From NCBI GenBank assembly GCA_020184695.1, contig JAANOX010000247.1, forward strand, positions 1-64,000: a stretch of DNA of 64,000 bases, given 5' to 3'. Within the stretch, counting starts at the first letter, position 1; each line of letters starts with the position of its first letter. Below the pieces are notes generated by a model, which was given only the letters and a program-made list of their open reading frames with translations, had not been told where the DNA came from and searched no databases. Made by a program: the position numbers and the translations under genes. The stretch comes from Histomonas meleagridis 2922-C6/04-290x (lineage: Eukaryota > Protista > Parabasalia). Below, one piece after another: positions 10,655 through 21,129 of the stretch.

Positions 10655-12793
10655 ATGAGTGAACAAGTTGAAAGCTTTGAATTTCAAGCAGAAATCAACC
10701 AATTGATGAGCCTCATCATCAATGCATTCTACACAAACAAAGAAATCTTTTTACGTGAATTGATTTCAAACGCATCTGATGCTTGCGATAAAATCCGTTA
10801 CGAATCCCTCAAGAACCCAGAACGCCTCGGTAATCAAAAGGAACTTTTCATCAAGATTCTTCCAGACAAAGAAAACCGTGTTCTTTCAATCATTGATTCT
10901 GGTGTTGGTATGACCAAATCACACTTAATCAACAACCTTGGTACAATCGCACGTTCTGGTACACGTCAATTCATGCAAGCCATTGAAGAAGGTGCTGATC
11001 TTTCCCTCATCGGTCAATTCGGTGTCGGTTTCTTCTCTGCCTTCCTTGTTGCTGACCGTGTAGTTGTTACATCACACCACACAGATGACGACCAATACAT
11101 TTGGGAGTCAGAAGCAGGCCAAAACTTCACAATCAGACGTGATACAACTGGTGAAGATCTCATCCGTGGTACACGTATTGACCTTTATCTTAAGGAAGAT
11201 ATGACTGAATTCCTTGAAGAAAAGCGTCTTAAGGAACTTATCAAGAAGCATTCCGAATTTATCGGATATCCAATTTATCTCTATGTTGAGAAGACAAAGG
11301 AAGAAGAAGTCACAGATGATGACGACGAAGGCGAAAAGAAGGTTGAAGAAGAAGGTGAAAAGAAAGATGAAGATAAGATTGAAGAAGTTGAAGATGAAAG
11401 CAAGAAATCCGAGAAAAAGAAGAAGAAGATCACCACAGTCGAACACGAATGGGAAGTTGTCAACAAGAACAAACCACTTTGGCTTCGTAACCCATCTGAA
11501 ATCACCGATGATGAGTATGCCGAATTCTACAAATCCATCTCCAATGACTGGGAGAAGCATCTTGCAGTCAAGCACTTCAAGACAGAAGGTGATGTTAACT
11601 TCACAGTTCTCTTATTTGTTCCACGTCGTGCACCATATGACTTATTCGAGCCAAAGAAGAAGCTCAACAACATCAAATTATATGTACGCCGTGTCTTTGT
11701 TATGGATAACTGCGAAGACCTCATTCCAGAGTACCTTAACTTCCTCAAAGGTATTGTCGATTCTGATGACTTACCACTTAACATTTCACGTGAAACACTC
11801 CAACAGAACCGTATCATCAAGCTCATCAAGAAGAACATTGTAAAGCGTGCAATCGAATTATTCAACCAAATCGCAGAGAACAAAGAAGACTTCAAGATCT
11901 TCTACGAACAATTCTCCAAGAACATTAAACTCGGCATTCACGAAGACTCACAAAACCGCGCCAAGCTTGCCAAGTTATTACGCTTCAACTCAACACAATC
12001 ACCAGAAGAACTCACGTCATTCGACGAATACATCGAAAGAATGAAAGAGAACCAAAAGGGCATCTATTGGATCTCAGGCGAATCCAAAGAAGCGGTCATG
12101 AACTCGCCAATGCTTGAGTACTTCAGACATAAGGGAATCGAAGTGTTATTCTTAACTGACCCAATCGATGAGTATTGCTTCCAACAATTACGTGAATACT
12201 CCGACCATAAGTTGATTTGCATCACAAAGGAAAACTGTGAAATCGATGAAACTGAAGAAGAAAAGGCCGAATTCGAAGAGTTGAAGAAGAAGTTCGAGCC
12301 AACATGCACAAAGATTAAGGAGATCATCGGCTCCGACTGCGAGAAAGTCGTCGTGTCAAAGCGCCTCGTCGTCACACCATGCGTAATCGTTACCGGCGAG
12401 TTCGGATGGACAGCAAACTTCCAAAGGCTTATGAACGCACAAGCGCTCAGAGATAACACAATGTCGTCGTACATGACACCGAAGAAGACATTGGAAATCA
12501 ACGCAAAGCACCCAGTCATTGTGAAGTTGGCAAACCAATTGGAGAACGAATCAGAAGAAAAGGTCAAGGACATGCTGTCAATGCTTTGGGACACAGCCCT
12601 GTTGTCGTCGGGCTTCACGCTCGCTAACCCAGCAGGATTCAGCGCAAGAATCAATAGAATGGTCGCAGTGGCACTCGACGTCGCTGATCAACTCGAAGAA
12701 TTACCACCAATCGTAGAACCAGAAGCCGAAAAGAAGGATGAAGGCGAATCAGCCGATGCTGCTGATGTTGATAAGTTTAATGATGTTGACTAA
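10655..12793 (+). CDS. HSP90: Cytosolic heat shock protein 90
   Basis: [41 protein letters not shown], charged linker, LPLNISRE; no signal peptide. Confidence 0.98.
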   Translation: MSEQVESFEFQAEINQLMSLIINAFYTNKEIFLRELISNASDACDKIRYESLKNPERLGNQKELFIKILPDKENRVLSIIDSGVGMTKSHLINNLGTIARSGTRQFMQAIEEGADLSLIGQFGVGFFSAFLVADRVVVTSHHTDDDQYIWESEAGQNFTIRRDTTGEDLIRGTRIDLYLKEDMTEFLEEKRLKELIKKHSEFIGYPIYLYVEKTKEEEVTDDDDEGEKKVEEEGEKKDEDKIEEVEDESKKSEKKKKKITTVEHEWEVVNKNKPLWLRNPSEITDDEYAEFYKSISNDWEKHLAVKHFKTEGDVNFTVLLFVPRRAPYDLFEPKKKLNNIKLYVRRVFVMDNCEDLIPEYLNFLKGIVDSDDLPLNISRETLQQNRIIKLIKKNIVKRAIELFNQIAENKEDFKIFYEQFSKNIKLGIHEDSQNRAKLAKLLRFNSTQSPEELTSFDEYIERMKENQKGIYWISGESKEAVMNSPMLEYFRHKGIEVLFLTDPIDEYCFQQLREYSDHKLICITKENCEIDETEEEKAEFEELKKKFEPTCTKIKEIIGSDCEKVVVSKRLVVTPCVIVTGEFGWTANFQRLMNAQALRDNTMSSYMTPKKTLEINAKHPVIVKLANQLENESEEKVKDMLSMLWDTALLSSGFTLANPAGFSARINRMVAVALDVADQLEELPPIVEPEAEKKDEGESADAADVDKFNDVD

Positions 12794-13517
12794 ACAAAAA
12801 ACAATTGAATAATTCTGTTTTATATAGGGTTGTAAAGTACTTAAATTTATTAACTGGCTTATTAAAAAGTGACTATGGTGTTAATAGAATTTTGTGGTGA
12901 CCGTTTGAACTGAATCGTCATATCATTTTTTAATAATATTCGATTTTATTTAAAAAATATTTGGCGTATAGAAAAGCTTAAGCCCACAAAATTTTCATTC
13001 TTAAGCCCAAGACAAAGATTTCCAGAAAATTAGTAACAAACTAAGTCAAATTACTCATTGATTTTTTGACTTTGGAAGCAAAATTTTAAAATTGTCAAAA
13101 TATAATCCGATAGAGACTTTTTGTAAATGTTCGACCAAGTATCAATTGTAAATTTCGACATTCACATCACTTTTGCCTTTAAATTTCACAATAAATTTTC
13201 GCCTTATTGGATAAAGATATAAAAAAATATTTATAATATTAATAAAATACATATGTTACATTTTTTGTTATGGCTATTTCAATGCCAATATTTATGCATA
13301 TCTAACTTTATAACTGATTAAATCTGTTAAATTTTTTAATTTTATTTTTCAATTCAGCGTCTATAACTTCAAAATATATCTGCTAGGTATTATAGACACA
13401 CTATTATTTTTTAAAAATAACAAGGAATGAGTTCTATGATAAGTTTTCTTTTTTTTCATTTGCCACTTTTTATTCAAAAAGTGACGTAAACCTTCGTAAA
13501 TTAAAAATCATTTTTTA

Positions 13518-14300
13518 ATGCCAAGAACTATCGAAAGAAACAAGCATTTACGACAAGCACGTGCAAAAGTTAAATATAGCTCTTGTACTATATACATAGA
13601 AGCTAAGAGATTCGTTTTTAATGTTCTAATAGATGGGTTCTCATATAAAACAGCAAGTCGATTATTACTATGGAATTGCCAAATTCCACCGCCAAAAACA
13701 TTATTTCATAAAATCCAAAAAGAAATTTCAGATGTAATTTTTAATCACGCTAGTGAATCAGGTTTCAAATACAAACAAGAAATGAAAGAAAAATCAATTA
13801 TTTAATTTGATGGATCATGGAGCCACCGAAGAAATGCTAATCATTGTGTGGTTGACATAATTGATTTTCAAACGAAATAATTGTTCATTTTGAGATTTTG
13901 GAAAAATCTTCAGGCAAAAAAGCAGTAAATTATAATGGTCTTTCAAATCAAATGGAAGTTGAAGGAATTAAACGAATGATATATTGATGGATAGATAATA
14001 ACAAGGTAATATATTGTCATGACAAATATGCTAAAACAAAAGATGCAATCCATCAAATGGGATGGAAAATTCAAGAATTTATAGATAAAAATCATATACA
14101 AATATCATATTAGAGTAAATTCAAAAAATACAAAAAGATACTTGATTTTTGGAATGATGGAAATACAGGAAACAATTATCAAATATTGGAGCAGTTTATC
14201 TGTTCTTCTTCAAAACTTTTGATTCACTGCCAACCCAATGTTAACACATAATTCAATATATGGATAAAAGCTAGGGAAATTACCTTAACTTTACCAATTG
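13518..14300 (+). mobile_element. Decayed Mutator-like/Kolobok-type DDE transposase
   Basis: Reading through the stop at 13803 gives FDGSWSHRRNANHCVVDIID (13806 onward); after a frameshift, NYNGLSNQMEVEGIKRM and YCHDKYAKT...DKNH. This is the DGsW.rR / S..ME / D / D.NH pattern. Several stops. Confidence 0.8.
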
Positions 14301-14664
14301 ATTATTAAGTCGAAATGAAATATTTTTTTTTATATATGATTATATCTTTTTTCCTATATAAATATGGAGTCATTGGAGGAGCACTTATTTTATAAAAGGG
14401 CGTAGACAGGTGATCAGTATAAAGTGTACTAGGGGTGGGGGTCAGGTTAAAATTTTTACAAATGACCGTTATTATAGGACGTTTGAAAATAAATATTTTC
14501 TTGCTGAGCACCATCTTGATAAGGACGTTAGTGATACCTTAGTCAAGATTATATTACCCTAGCAAAAAATTTCGTATTTTGGTACATAACGGTTATCATT
14601 CGAAAAATCACAAATTTTTAGGTACCTTCAATTATATTTAAGGTAAAAATTTTCAAATGAATTG

Positions 14665-15290
14665 TTTATTCAATCAATTGGATTTGTATTTAGGAAAATG
14701 TCATCTGGTCCTACTATATTAATATATTTAAATTTTCATTATGATTGCCATTACATCGTCTTTTAAACTATTAGCAAAGCCTCTTCAATACTATGATTAT
14801 ATGTTATAATAAATTTGAAATTTGCAGGATGTATAACGATTGACTTGTTTCTAATTTCTCCTATAAAAGGGTATCTATCACCCCCAGATCCTTAAACAAT
14901 TGTAATAAAAGTTCTGCATGTCTAGGGAAGTCATCTAGACATACTATTTAATGTACGTTGGGAATGTACCGGTACCACCAACGATTGTACTACTTCGGAG
15001 AAATCGAAAATTGATCAACCTTATAAATCCATTTTGACTTTCCGACACCAGCAGGACCGTAAATCCACAAAATCTTTATATGTAAATCATCTTTGTAAAT
15101 ACCAATTTCATCGTTTTTCCTCAACATACTATCTCTTCTTATATGCAAAATTTGACTTCTATGTAATATCATCTGTTTAGGGTATATGCTCTCCAGTTCT
15201 TCAATGCTTTTAGTTTAATATCATTTATTAATTTCATCAGAAAAATCATTAAACATTTAATTTATACTCATCTCAATAATGTTTAAGTGT
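14665..15290 (-). pseudogene. CRESS-DNA-virus Rep-like SF3 helicase domain (endogenous viral remnant)
   Basis: Manual minus-strand translation: LWIYGPAGVGKSKW (Walker A, 15035-15058), K*YNRWWYRY, IVCLDDF (Walker B, 14927-14947), frameshift in the run at 14881-14885, GDRYPFIGEI (14865-14879), FKFIITYNHSIEE (motif C, 14796-14813). No convincing HUH domain upstream. Confidence 0.8.
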
Positions 15291-15304
15291 TGCAATATTG
15301 CAAA

Positions 15305-15560
15305 TGTACTTGGCCGGGAGCGGGGCCCCTAGGGTCCTCGTGATCAGTCCCGACCGCATTATATACCTACCGGTATGCATCACCTAGTTATGTTTTAGAA
15401 TCCTTAAATATAACTGTAAGGTATTATTTTTAAATCGATAGAACACACACACACACATCTCGTTTCACTTAGTGCTACGTATTCGTTCGCTCCGCTGTGC
15501 TCTCGCCGCTCCTTCGTCGCGAGCTTCGGTGTGTTGGTCCGCTCGTTTCACTCGCTACCG
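15305..15560. other. GC-rich structured non-coding segment between the Rep remnant and the ATPase cassette
   Basis: GGCCGGGA can pair with TCCCGACC around a CCCTAGGG palindrome; short (CA)n; 11-nt direct repeat CTCGTTTCACT at 15459 and 15542; recurring CGCTC/CTCGC words. Confidence 0.4.
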
Positions 15561-15890
15561 CATGATGCACATCATATCATGATGATACCCATTAATATTA
15601 TTCTCCTCATTCCATCAAGTCATCAATCATTTATGTTCGTTTGTTGTGCGGCATTTATGATTTTTCAGTGATGTAAAAGCTGAACAAAAAAATGTCAGAA
15701 GGTTCAGCTTTTCCCATTTTATCCTGGCCATGGCCAAGATGCAGAATTATTCAATAATGAATCATAATTGAAGGACGGAAGTATGATACATTTGAAATAA
15801 AAATAAATTTTGATTCGACACATATCAGTAATGAGTATCAGTAATGACAACATTGATGCTAACGTCGACGGTTCTACCAAATGTGCTTCA

Positions 15891-16196
15891 TTAATAATGA
15901 TTGAAATATCCTTTCTCCACTTCCGATTGAATTTGTGGTGTGGCTTTACGTAATAATAAAAAATGACAGGATTCTGTCATCACGACCAAAATCACATATA
16001 CAATATTTTTAGAATCTACATTAACAGGATTTTCTAAAATTTGTGTTAATTCACCTTTAAATTCATCAGGGATTGAAATGTTAGCATTTGGTTTTCCCGA
16101 ATACCTCTCTACTGATTTAAGCTTTGTTCCTATTTCATTAATTTTAGCAATTAATTCATCAGTACTTGTTTTAATAATTTTAGGTCTCGCCACCAT
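15891..16196 (-). CDS. Hypothetical ORF in the Maverick-like cassette (probably truncated)
   Basis: ATG-initiated 101-aa ORF, 42 nt after the neighbouring ORF; coding-like sequence continues past the stop in another frame. Confidence 0.45.
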   Translation of the reverse strand: MVARPKIIKTSTDELIAKINEIGTKLKSVERYSGKPNANISIPDEFKGELTQILENPVNVDSKNIVYVILVVMTESCHFLLLRKATPQIQSEVEKGYFNHY

Positions 16197-16238
16197 AAAT
16201 TTATTATTAAGTTCTGCCGGAGCAATGTTTACTAACTT

Positions 16239-16472
16239 TTATTCACACACTTTTGCTGAAACATTAATAACAAATTTAATGTTGACAGAATGTAACAACT
16301 TTAATGTCTTATCATAAAATTTTACTCCGACATAAATAACGTGCTGAATAATATTATATTTCTCCGACTTCTTATCCAATTTAATATTTTCAGCGTGGTT
16401 GTATTTAAATTCTACAGCAGCGTAGTCTTGTACTTTGTACTCACTGATTAAATAATTCTGAAAATCTTCCAT
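16239..16472 (-). CDS. Hypothetical small ORF divergent from the packaging ATPase
   Basis: ATG-initiated 77-aa ORF, 58 nt from the ATPase start; compact virus-like spacing. Confidence 0.45.
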   Translation of the reverse strand: MEDFQNYLISEYKVQDYAAVEFKYNHAENIKLDKKSEKYNIIQHVIYVGVKFYDKTLKLLHSVNIKFVINVSAKVCE

Positions 16473-16530
16473 TTACTTATCCTTAAAAAAATAATTTTTA
16501 TAAAATGAAAATAATGCGAAAAAATAGATT

Positions 16531-17424
16531 ATGGAAAGTGAATAAAAAATTTGACGAGATAGAGTAACAATTTAATATAATTAGTAAAATTAATAAAGAA
16601 GTATCAAACAATGCATTAATTAAGCCGATTCACTACAGATTCCATTTTGCACAGAATGGGATCAGTGCGTTTATCGCATCAATGGGTAGCGGAAAGAGCT
16701 ATACATATTTAAAGTTAGCTGCTCAGCAAGAAGTATTGTTCCAAGAGCTTTTCTTCGAGTTAATAGTTATTTGCAGCACAAGTAGTAATAAATTAGATGA
16801 AACAGTCATACTTATAATAAAGTAATTAAAAAGAGTAAGCGCGTCGCCGTAAAAGATACTCTGAGTATTGAGTAACTCGACTGGTTAAATAAATATATGA
16901 GACGGATTTTAAAATATAATTCAATCATTAAATACATCAACAGTGATTTTAAGAAGACGAATGAAGAGATCGAATAATATATCACAAAACATAATTCGAA
17001 TAATTCAAATATAAGATTAAAATATGTTGCAGAAAAGTTGGCAAAATATAAGTGGAGAACTCATCCTCACCGTTGCTGGCTCATGTTTGATGACTTTGCC
17101 AATCACTGTTTACTTCTGTCAAAGGAAACAGATTTATCTAAAATGCTGAAAAAATTAAGGCATTTTAACATAAATGTTCCAATATGTGTTCAAACAACAA
17201 AGAGTATACCAAAAGATATCAAAAGAACATTGTCAGACATCGTTTTATTTCACTTTATTTCAAAATATGACAATGATCTCATGAAAGAATCAGCTGCTAG
17301 TATATTTGACTCGGATAAATTATGGAATGAATATTCTAAAATCACAGATCCTCATGCAAGATTTAACATTTACATTAAGGCGAGACGTGTCATTATTAAT
17401 AATTACTCTATCGAACAGTGTTGA
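16531..17424 (+). pseudogene. Maverick/Polinton-type (A32-like FtsK-HerA) DNA packaging ATPase, decayed
   Basis: FIASMGSGKSYT (Walker A, 16676-16699), LIVICST strand, frameshift near 16808, two stops, WLMFDDF (Walker B, 17077-17097), KKLRHFNINVPICVQ (RH..Q motif), IPKDIKRTLSDIVLF. Confidence 0.85.
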
Positions 17425-17825
17425 ACAAAAATTATTTTTACTTCGTTCGATTGCTTTCGCTTTGCCAAATAACGAATAAATCTTCATCAGGAAGACCTTG
17501 GACGCTTATGGTGATGTATAATAAATGTATTATATATTTTATTTTACTTTTTTAACAAATTATAATATATTTTATTTAACTTTCTGTATGTTTCGTTTTT
17601 TTTCATCGACGTACGGTTATTCATCGTTCCCTTCGTTTAACTGTTAGACGATCATTTCGCCGATACGTCACTTTTCTCAAAGTTAACGTAGATATTTAAC
17701 GTTAAAAAAACGTGAACGAAAAAAACATCACTTTTATCGACGTTAAAAAAAACGTAACGGGCCTTCGTGCGTTCGTCAGTCGTTTTATCGATTAACAAAA
17801 AAGTAAAATAAAATTTGTTCATTCA

Positions 17826-18180
17826 TTATGCTATGTATTCACCTTGAGTTTCAATTGTAATTAGAAGTCTGTTCATCCATTCATTATATCCGGCTCTGCA
17901 GGTGTCTTCAGGAATATTATACAGTAATGTATCAACCTTATGAAAAAGTTGATTTTCATCTTCATACTCCTCACCTTCGAGCATTTTTTTTTAATATCCG
18001 AACAGAAAAAGATCAGGCGGTGCGAGATCTGGCATAAACGGAGGTTGCGGAAGCCTTTTTATGCTCAATTTATTCAATTTTTTATGAACCAGATTTCCAT
18101 ATGCAAAAAATACCCCTTAGTTGAAATTTTTTTTGCCAGATCTCGAAGTACACCTTCAGAAAAAAAATTTGAGGAATGGT
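17826..18180 (-). mobile_element. Tc1/mariner transposase C-terminal remnant
   Basis: NFFSEGVL...GYFLHM, then (other frame) KRLPQPPFMPDLAPPDLFLFGY*KKMLEG...EWMNRL...QGEYIA*, matching HPPYSPDLAPSD.FLF..LK..L.G...W..R...G.Y. Confidence 0.85.
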
Positions 18181-18182
18181 TT

Positions 18183-18804
18183 TCCAACATTTTCCCCTCC
18201 ATTATCTGTCCAAATGGCACCAATCGGCTCATCATCTTGAATGGCTTTTTCCATTTCAACCGCACATGTTGCTGCAACATAATCGAATTAGAAATCTATT
18301 TCGATCATCAATGATTCCATACACCATGCAACCTTGCAATTTTTCAGGAAAGTGGATATCCACATGCCAAATTGCGTTGCACATCAATGCTTCTTAACGA
18401 CATCTTGGATTCTGCACTTTTTGTTTCTTATGTTTTATCCAGCCGTATTTCTCATATACCTGCTGGACAATAGAACGAGTGCAATTCGGACAGTCGTTCT
18501 TCGCATTGATAGTATAGAACATTTTCGTCACCCCAATAATTACACCTGAATTTCTCAGGGCAATAATAAGAGGCTCGATTTGTTCTATACTAATGGATGC
18601 CTTAGGCCCAGGCTTAGTATCATGAGAAATCCCATGATATCTTAACGCCTGATAAAAAGTCTTCGTTGAGATTTGGTAAACTTGACGATCAATTGTTATC
18701 GCCTGCTTGAAAGCATAAGATATCGTCACAAAACCTCTTGAAGAAGCCTCAAAAGCCCATTTTAGCCAACCATTAATCGAGATACTATTGATTTTGCAAC
18801 ACAT
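18183..18804 (-). mobile_element. IS481-like (rve integrase core) transposase remnant
   Basis: After the ORF stop: R*EALMCNAIWHVDIH (18358-18369), YGIIDDRNRF, frameshift, IWTDNGGEN (18192-18212). Truncated before the catalytic Glu region. Confidence 0.8.
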
Positions 18805-18988
18805 GGTGAATATTATTTTGAAGTTAATAATTCATCAAAATATAAGATTGGTGATGAATTTCTTCATAATCAATCAATATTAGATGATGAAACACCATTA
18901 AGGGTAAAAATAAATAATATGATCGTAGTAAAAGTTACTGGAATAATTAGTGACAACATCATTGCTGTGTTTCGCGCGTAAGCGCTCA

Positions 18989-19201
18989 TTAATCATTAGG
19001 TTTTTCGTGATTAAGAATTTTTAACGCATTATTGATATAAAGTAGAACATCATCCATTGTTGTTTGATTTGTTTGTACATGAGATAATATTCGTGTTCTA
19101 CAGCGTCGACGTTTGATTGGTTTGATGCTTAAATACTTTTTGGCTATATCTTCTGGTTTCCATTCTTGTAGTTTATTATTATCTAGAATATATTGTAACA
19201 T
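18989..19201 (-). CDS. Short hypothetical ORF, probably a mobile-element remnant
   Basis: 70-aa ATG ORF inside the decayed-element zone; no recognised motif. Confidence 0.3.
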   Translation of the reverse strand: MLQYILDNNKLQEWKPEDIAKKYLSIKPIKRRRCRTRILSHVQTNQTTMDDVLLYINNALKILNHEKPND

Positions 19202-19441
19202 TACATTTGTAGATCTTTCTGTTAATTGTTAAACTGTACGCTTGATTTCTTCATCCATGTTATCAAAGATTTTATCCATCATTTTATAATTGTAGAGAAA
19301 TTCTATTATTTTGGTATTATATTTATTTTTCTGACAGCAATAGCGGAAGATGTCGACACTAGTATTTACTATTAAACATTAGCGGAGGAGTGTGGATTCT
19401 AGAATTTTTTTTATTTTTATATTAGAGGACTATTTAACAAT

Positions 19442-19752
19442 ACGGTCAACCTGGATAAATAAAAAGTAAGTAGTTGTATAAAGTAGAAATTCTGGAAATA
19501 GCAAAAGTGGTGAAGAACAGTGATTTCAGGAAGTTTTAGAAGCAATACCTATCATTTTTAATAGATTTGACATCAGAACATATATTTTTGATACATTATC
19601 ACGTCATTTTAACTAGGTTTGACATCTAAACATACCTTTTCGCAGTAATATCTCAAATTTTGACGTGAGAATCACTGATTTCGGCGAAACCTCAATTGTT
19701 ATTTTTCTCTCGTGTGAAAATACTTTAGTTTCGAATTATCCAGGTTGACCGT
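19442..19752. mobile_element. MITE-like non-autonomous element
   Basis: Perfect 17-bp inverted repeat ACGGTCAACCTGGATAA (19442-19458) / TTATCCAGGTTGACCGT (19736-19752), extending about 15 bp outward with mismatches; non-coding interior with repeated TTTGAC(A/G)T motifs. Confidence 0.65.
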
Positions 19753-21129
19753 CTTGCTAAATATCCTATTTATGGATAAATATAAATAATATTCATTCAT
19801 TTAAATTTTCGGATGAAATGTATATTTCTTATCAATTCGAGTGGATTTTTTCGTAATAAATTTACTTCTAATGAGTTTACCATTAGTTTTTAGATTAATA
19901 ACAGTATTATAAAAATCATTATAAGATCCAACGAGGTCATTAACGTCATATAAAATGTCTTAATTTATTGAATCGATTTATTCAACAGCTTTTACTACTT
20001 TAAACCCATCTTCTCCGAGTGACCTAGTTCTAGTAGTAATAATTTCGTTAATGTCGACAATTTCATTAAATTGTTCCATAACCTTTCTAGTACAAACAGG
20101 ACACATTGTCAATTTATAAACGGTCGCTAAAAAGCCATTTTTTCTTCGATATTTTTGATTTTTTTTAGTTATACTTTAGAAATATAATAAAAAAACTAAT
20201 AAAGTTATATTCACATGCTATATTCCAATATAATTTTATACGTCAATTATATGAAATTTGAGCATACGAAAAAATTCATTCTGAATTTTGATCGTTAATA
20301 ACTCGTTAATAAATTGGGTTTAAGTCATCAAACCATAATGAACTATCACTACATCTTATGTACTATAAATAATATTCAAATTGAAAAATTTCATTAGACA
20401 GTATTTTTTTTCTTCTATTAATCGAAAAATTATTAATTCATATCTTGATAACTACTGAGCCCTAACTTAAAAATCTGTTTTTTGAAAATTCAGGAAATAT
20501 GTTTAACTATTTAAATAAAAAAATTTAGCTCTAAATAATAAATATTGATTTCTCTGGGTAAGCTTTAATTTTTCGTCATTTTTTGGCGCGAAATAAACTT
20601 TTTGTATACTTAATGAACGATAAAGTGTCTTTACAACTATACCCGAGTGGCACAATATGAATATTCAGAGAAGATCTTCGTTTAGGCTCAACAATCCTTT
20701 GAAAAAATTTGACTCGCAAGTGGTACGTTCAATTCCGTCGTATTATTATCAAAAAGTCGATTTTAACAAAAAAAGCTAATAATGATGATAATTTATATAC
20801 TTTACATATTGCAGTCGGATGTTTAACACCTATCGTGCATGTGAATCGAAGAAAAATTCATTTTTCCCGCCATCATGGAACTTTCTGATCCTGATTCATT
20901 TTTTGGTCCAGTCAGGTTTACATGGCTTTATTCGATATACTCTCAAGGTTTAGACATTTACCTTAATATGAATATTTAAGAAAAAATCGAAACAAATTTT
21001 TTATACAAAATTTTTGTATCTGGGTCAAAAAATAGTGAAAATTCAATGAAAATCGATAAAATTCTGAAAATGGAATATGTTCTTGTACTGTTTTTGAAAA
21101 TATTTTTTGGAGTTGTCGATCTTCCATCG

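Noticed and set aside
11108-12654. Antisense and alternative-frame ORFs overlapping Hsp90
   Set aside because: Expected by-products of biased codon usage in a highly expressed gene; no motifs.
15290-15345. HEDPRGPAPGQVHLQY as Rep HUH motif II
   Set aside because: It is too close to Walker A, lacks motifs I and III, and overlaps the GC-rich hairpin; it cannot be supported.
14410-15348. 9-bp direct repeat GTGATCAGT flanking the Rep remnant as a possible TSD
   Set aside because: No TIRs lie inside the repeats, and a 9-mer match is plausible by chance given freedom in choosing the ends.
15950-15958. TATTATTAC nonanucleotide on the minus strand as a possible CRESS origin
   Set aside because: It lies inside an ORF, has no flanking stem, and is likely by chance in AT-rich DNA.
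19790-20110. Minus-strand fragment MCPVCTRKV...
   Set aside because: It is interrupted by stops and I recognise no family; left unannotated.
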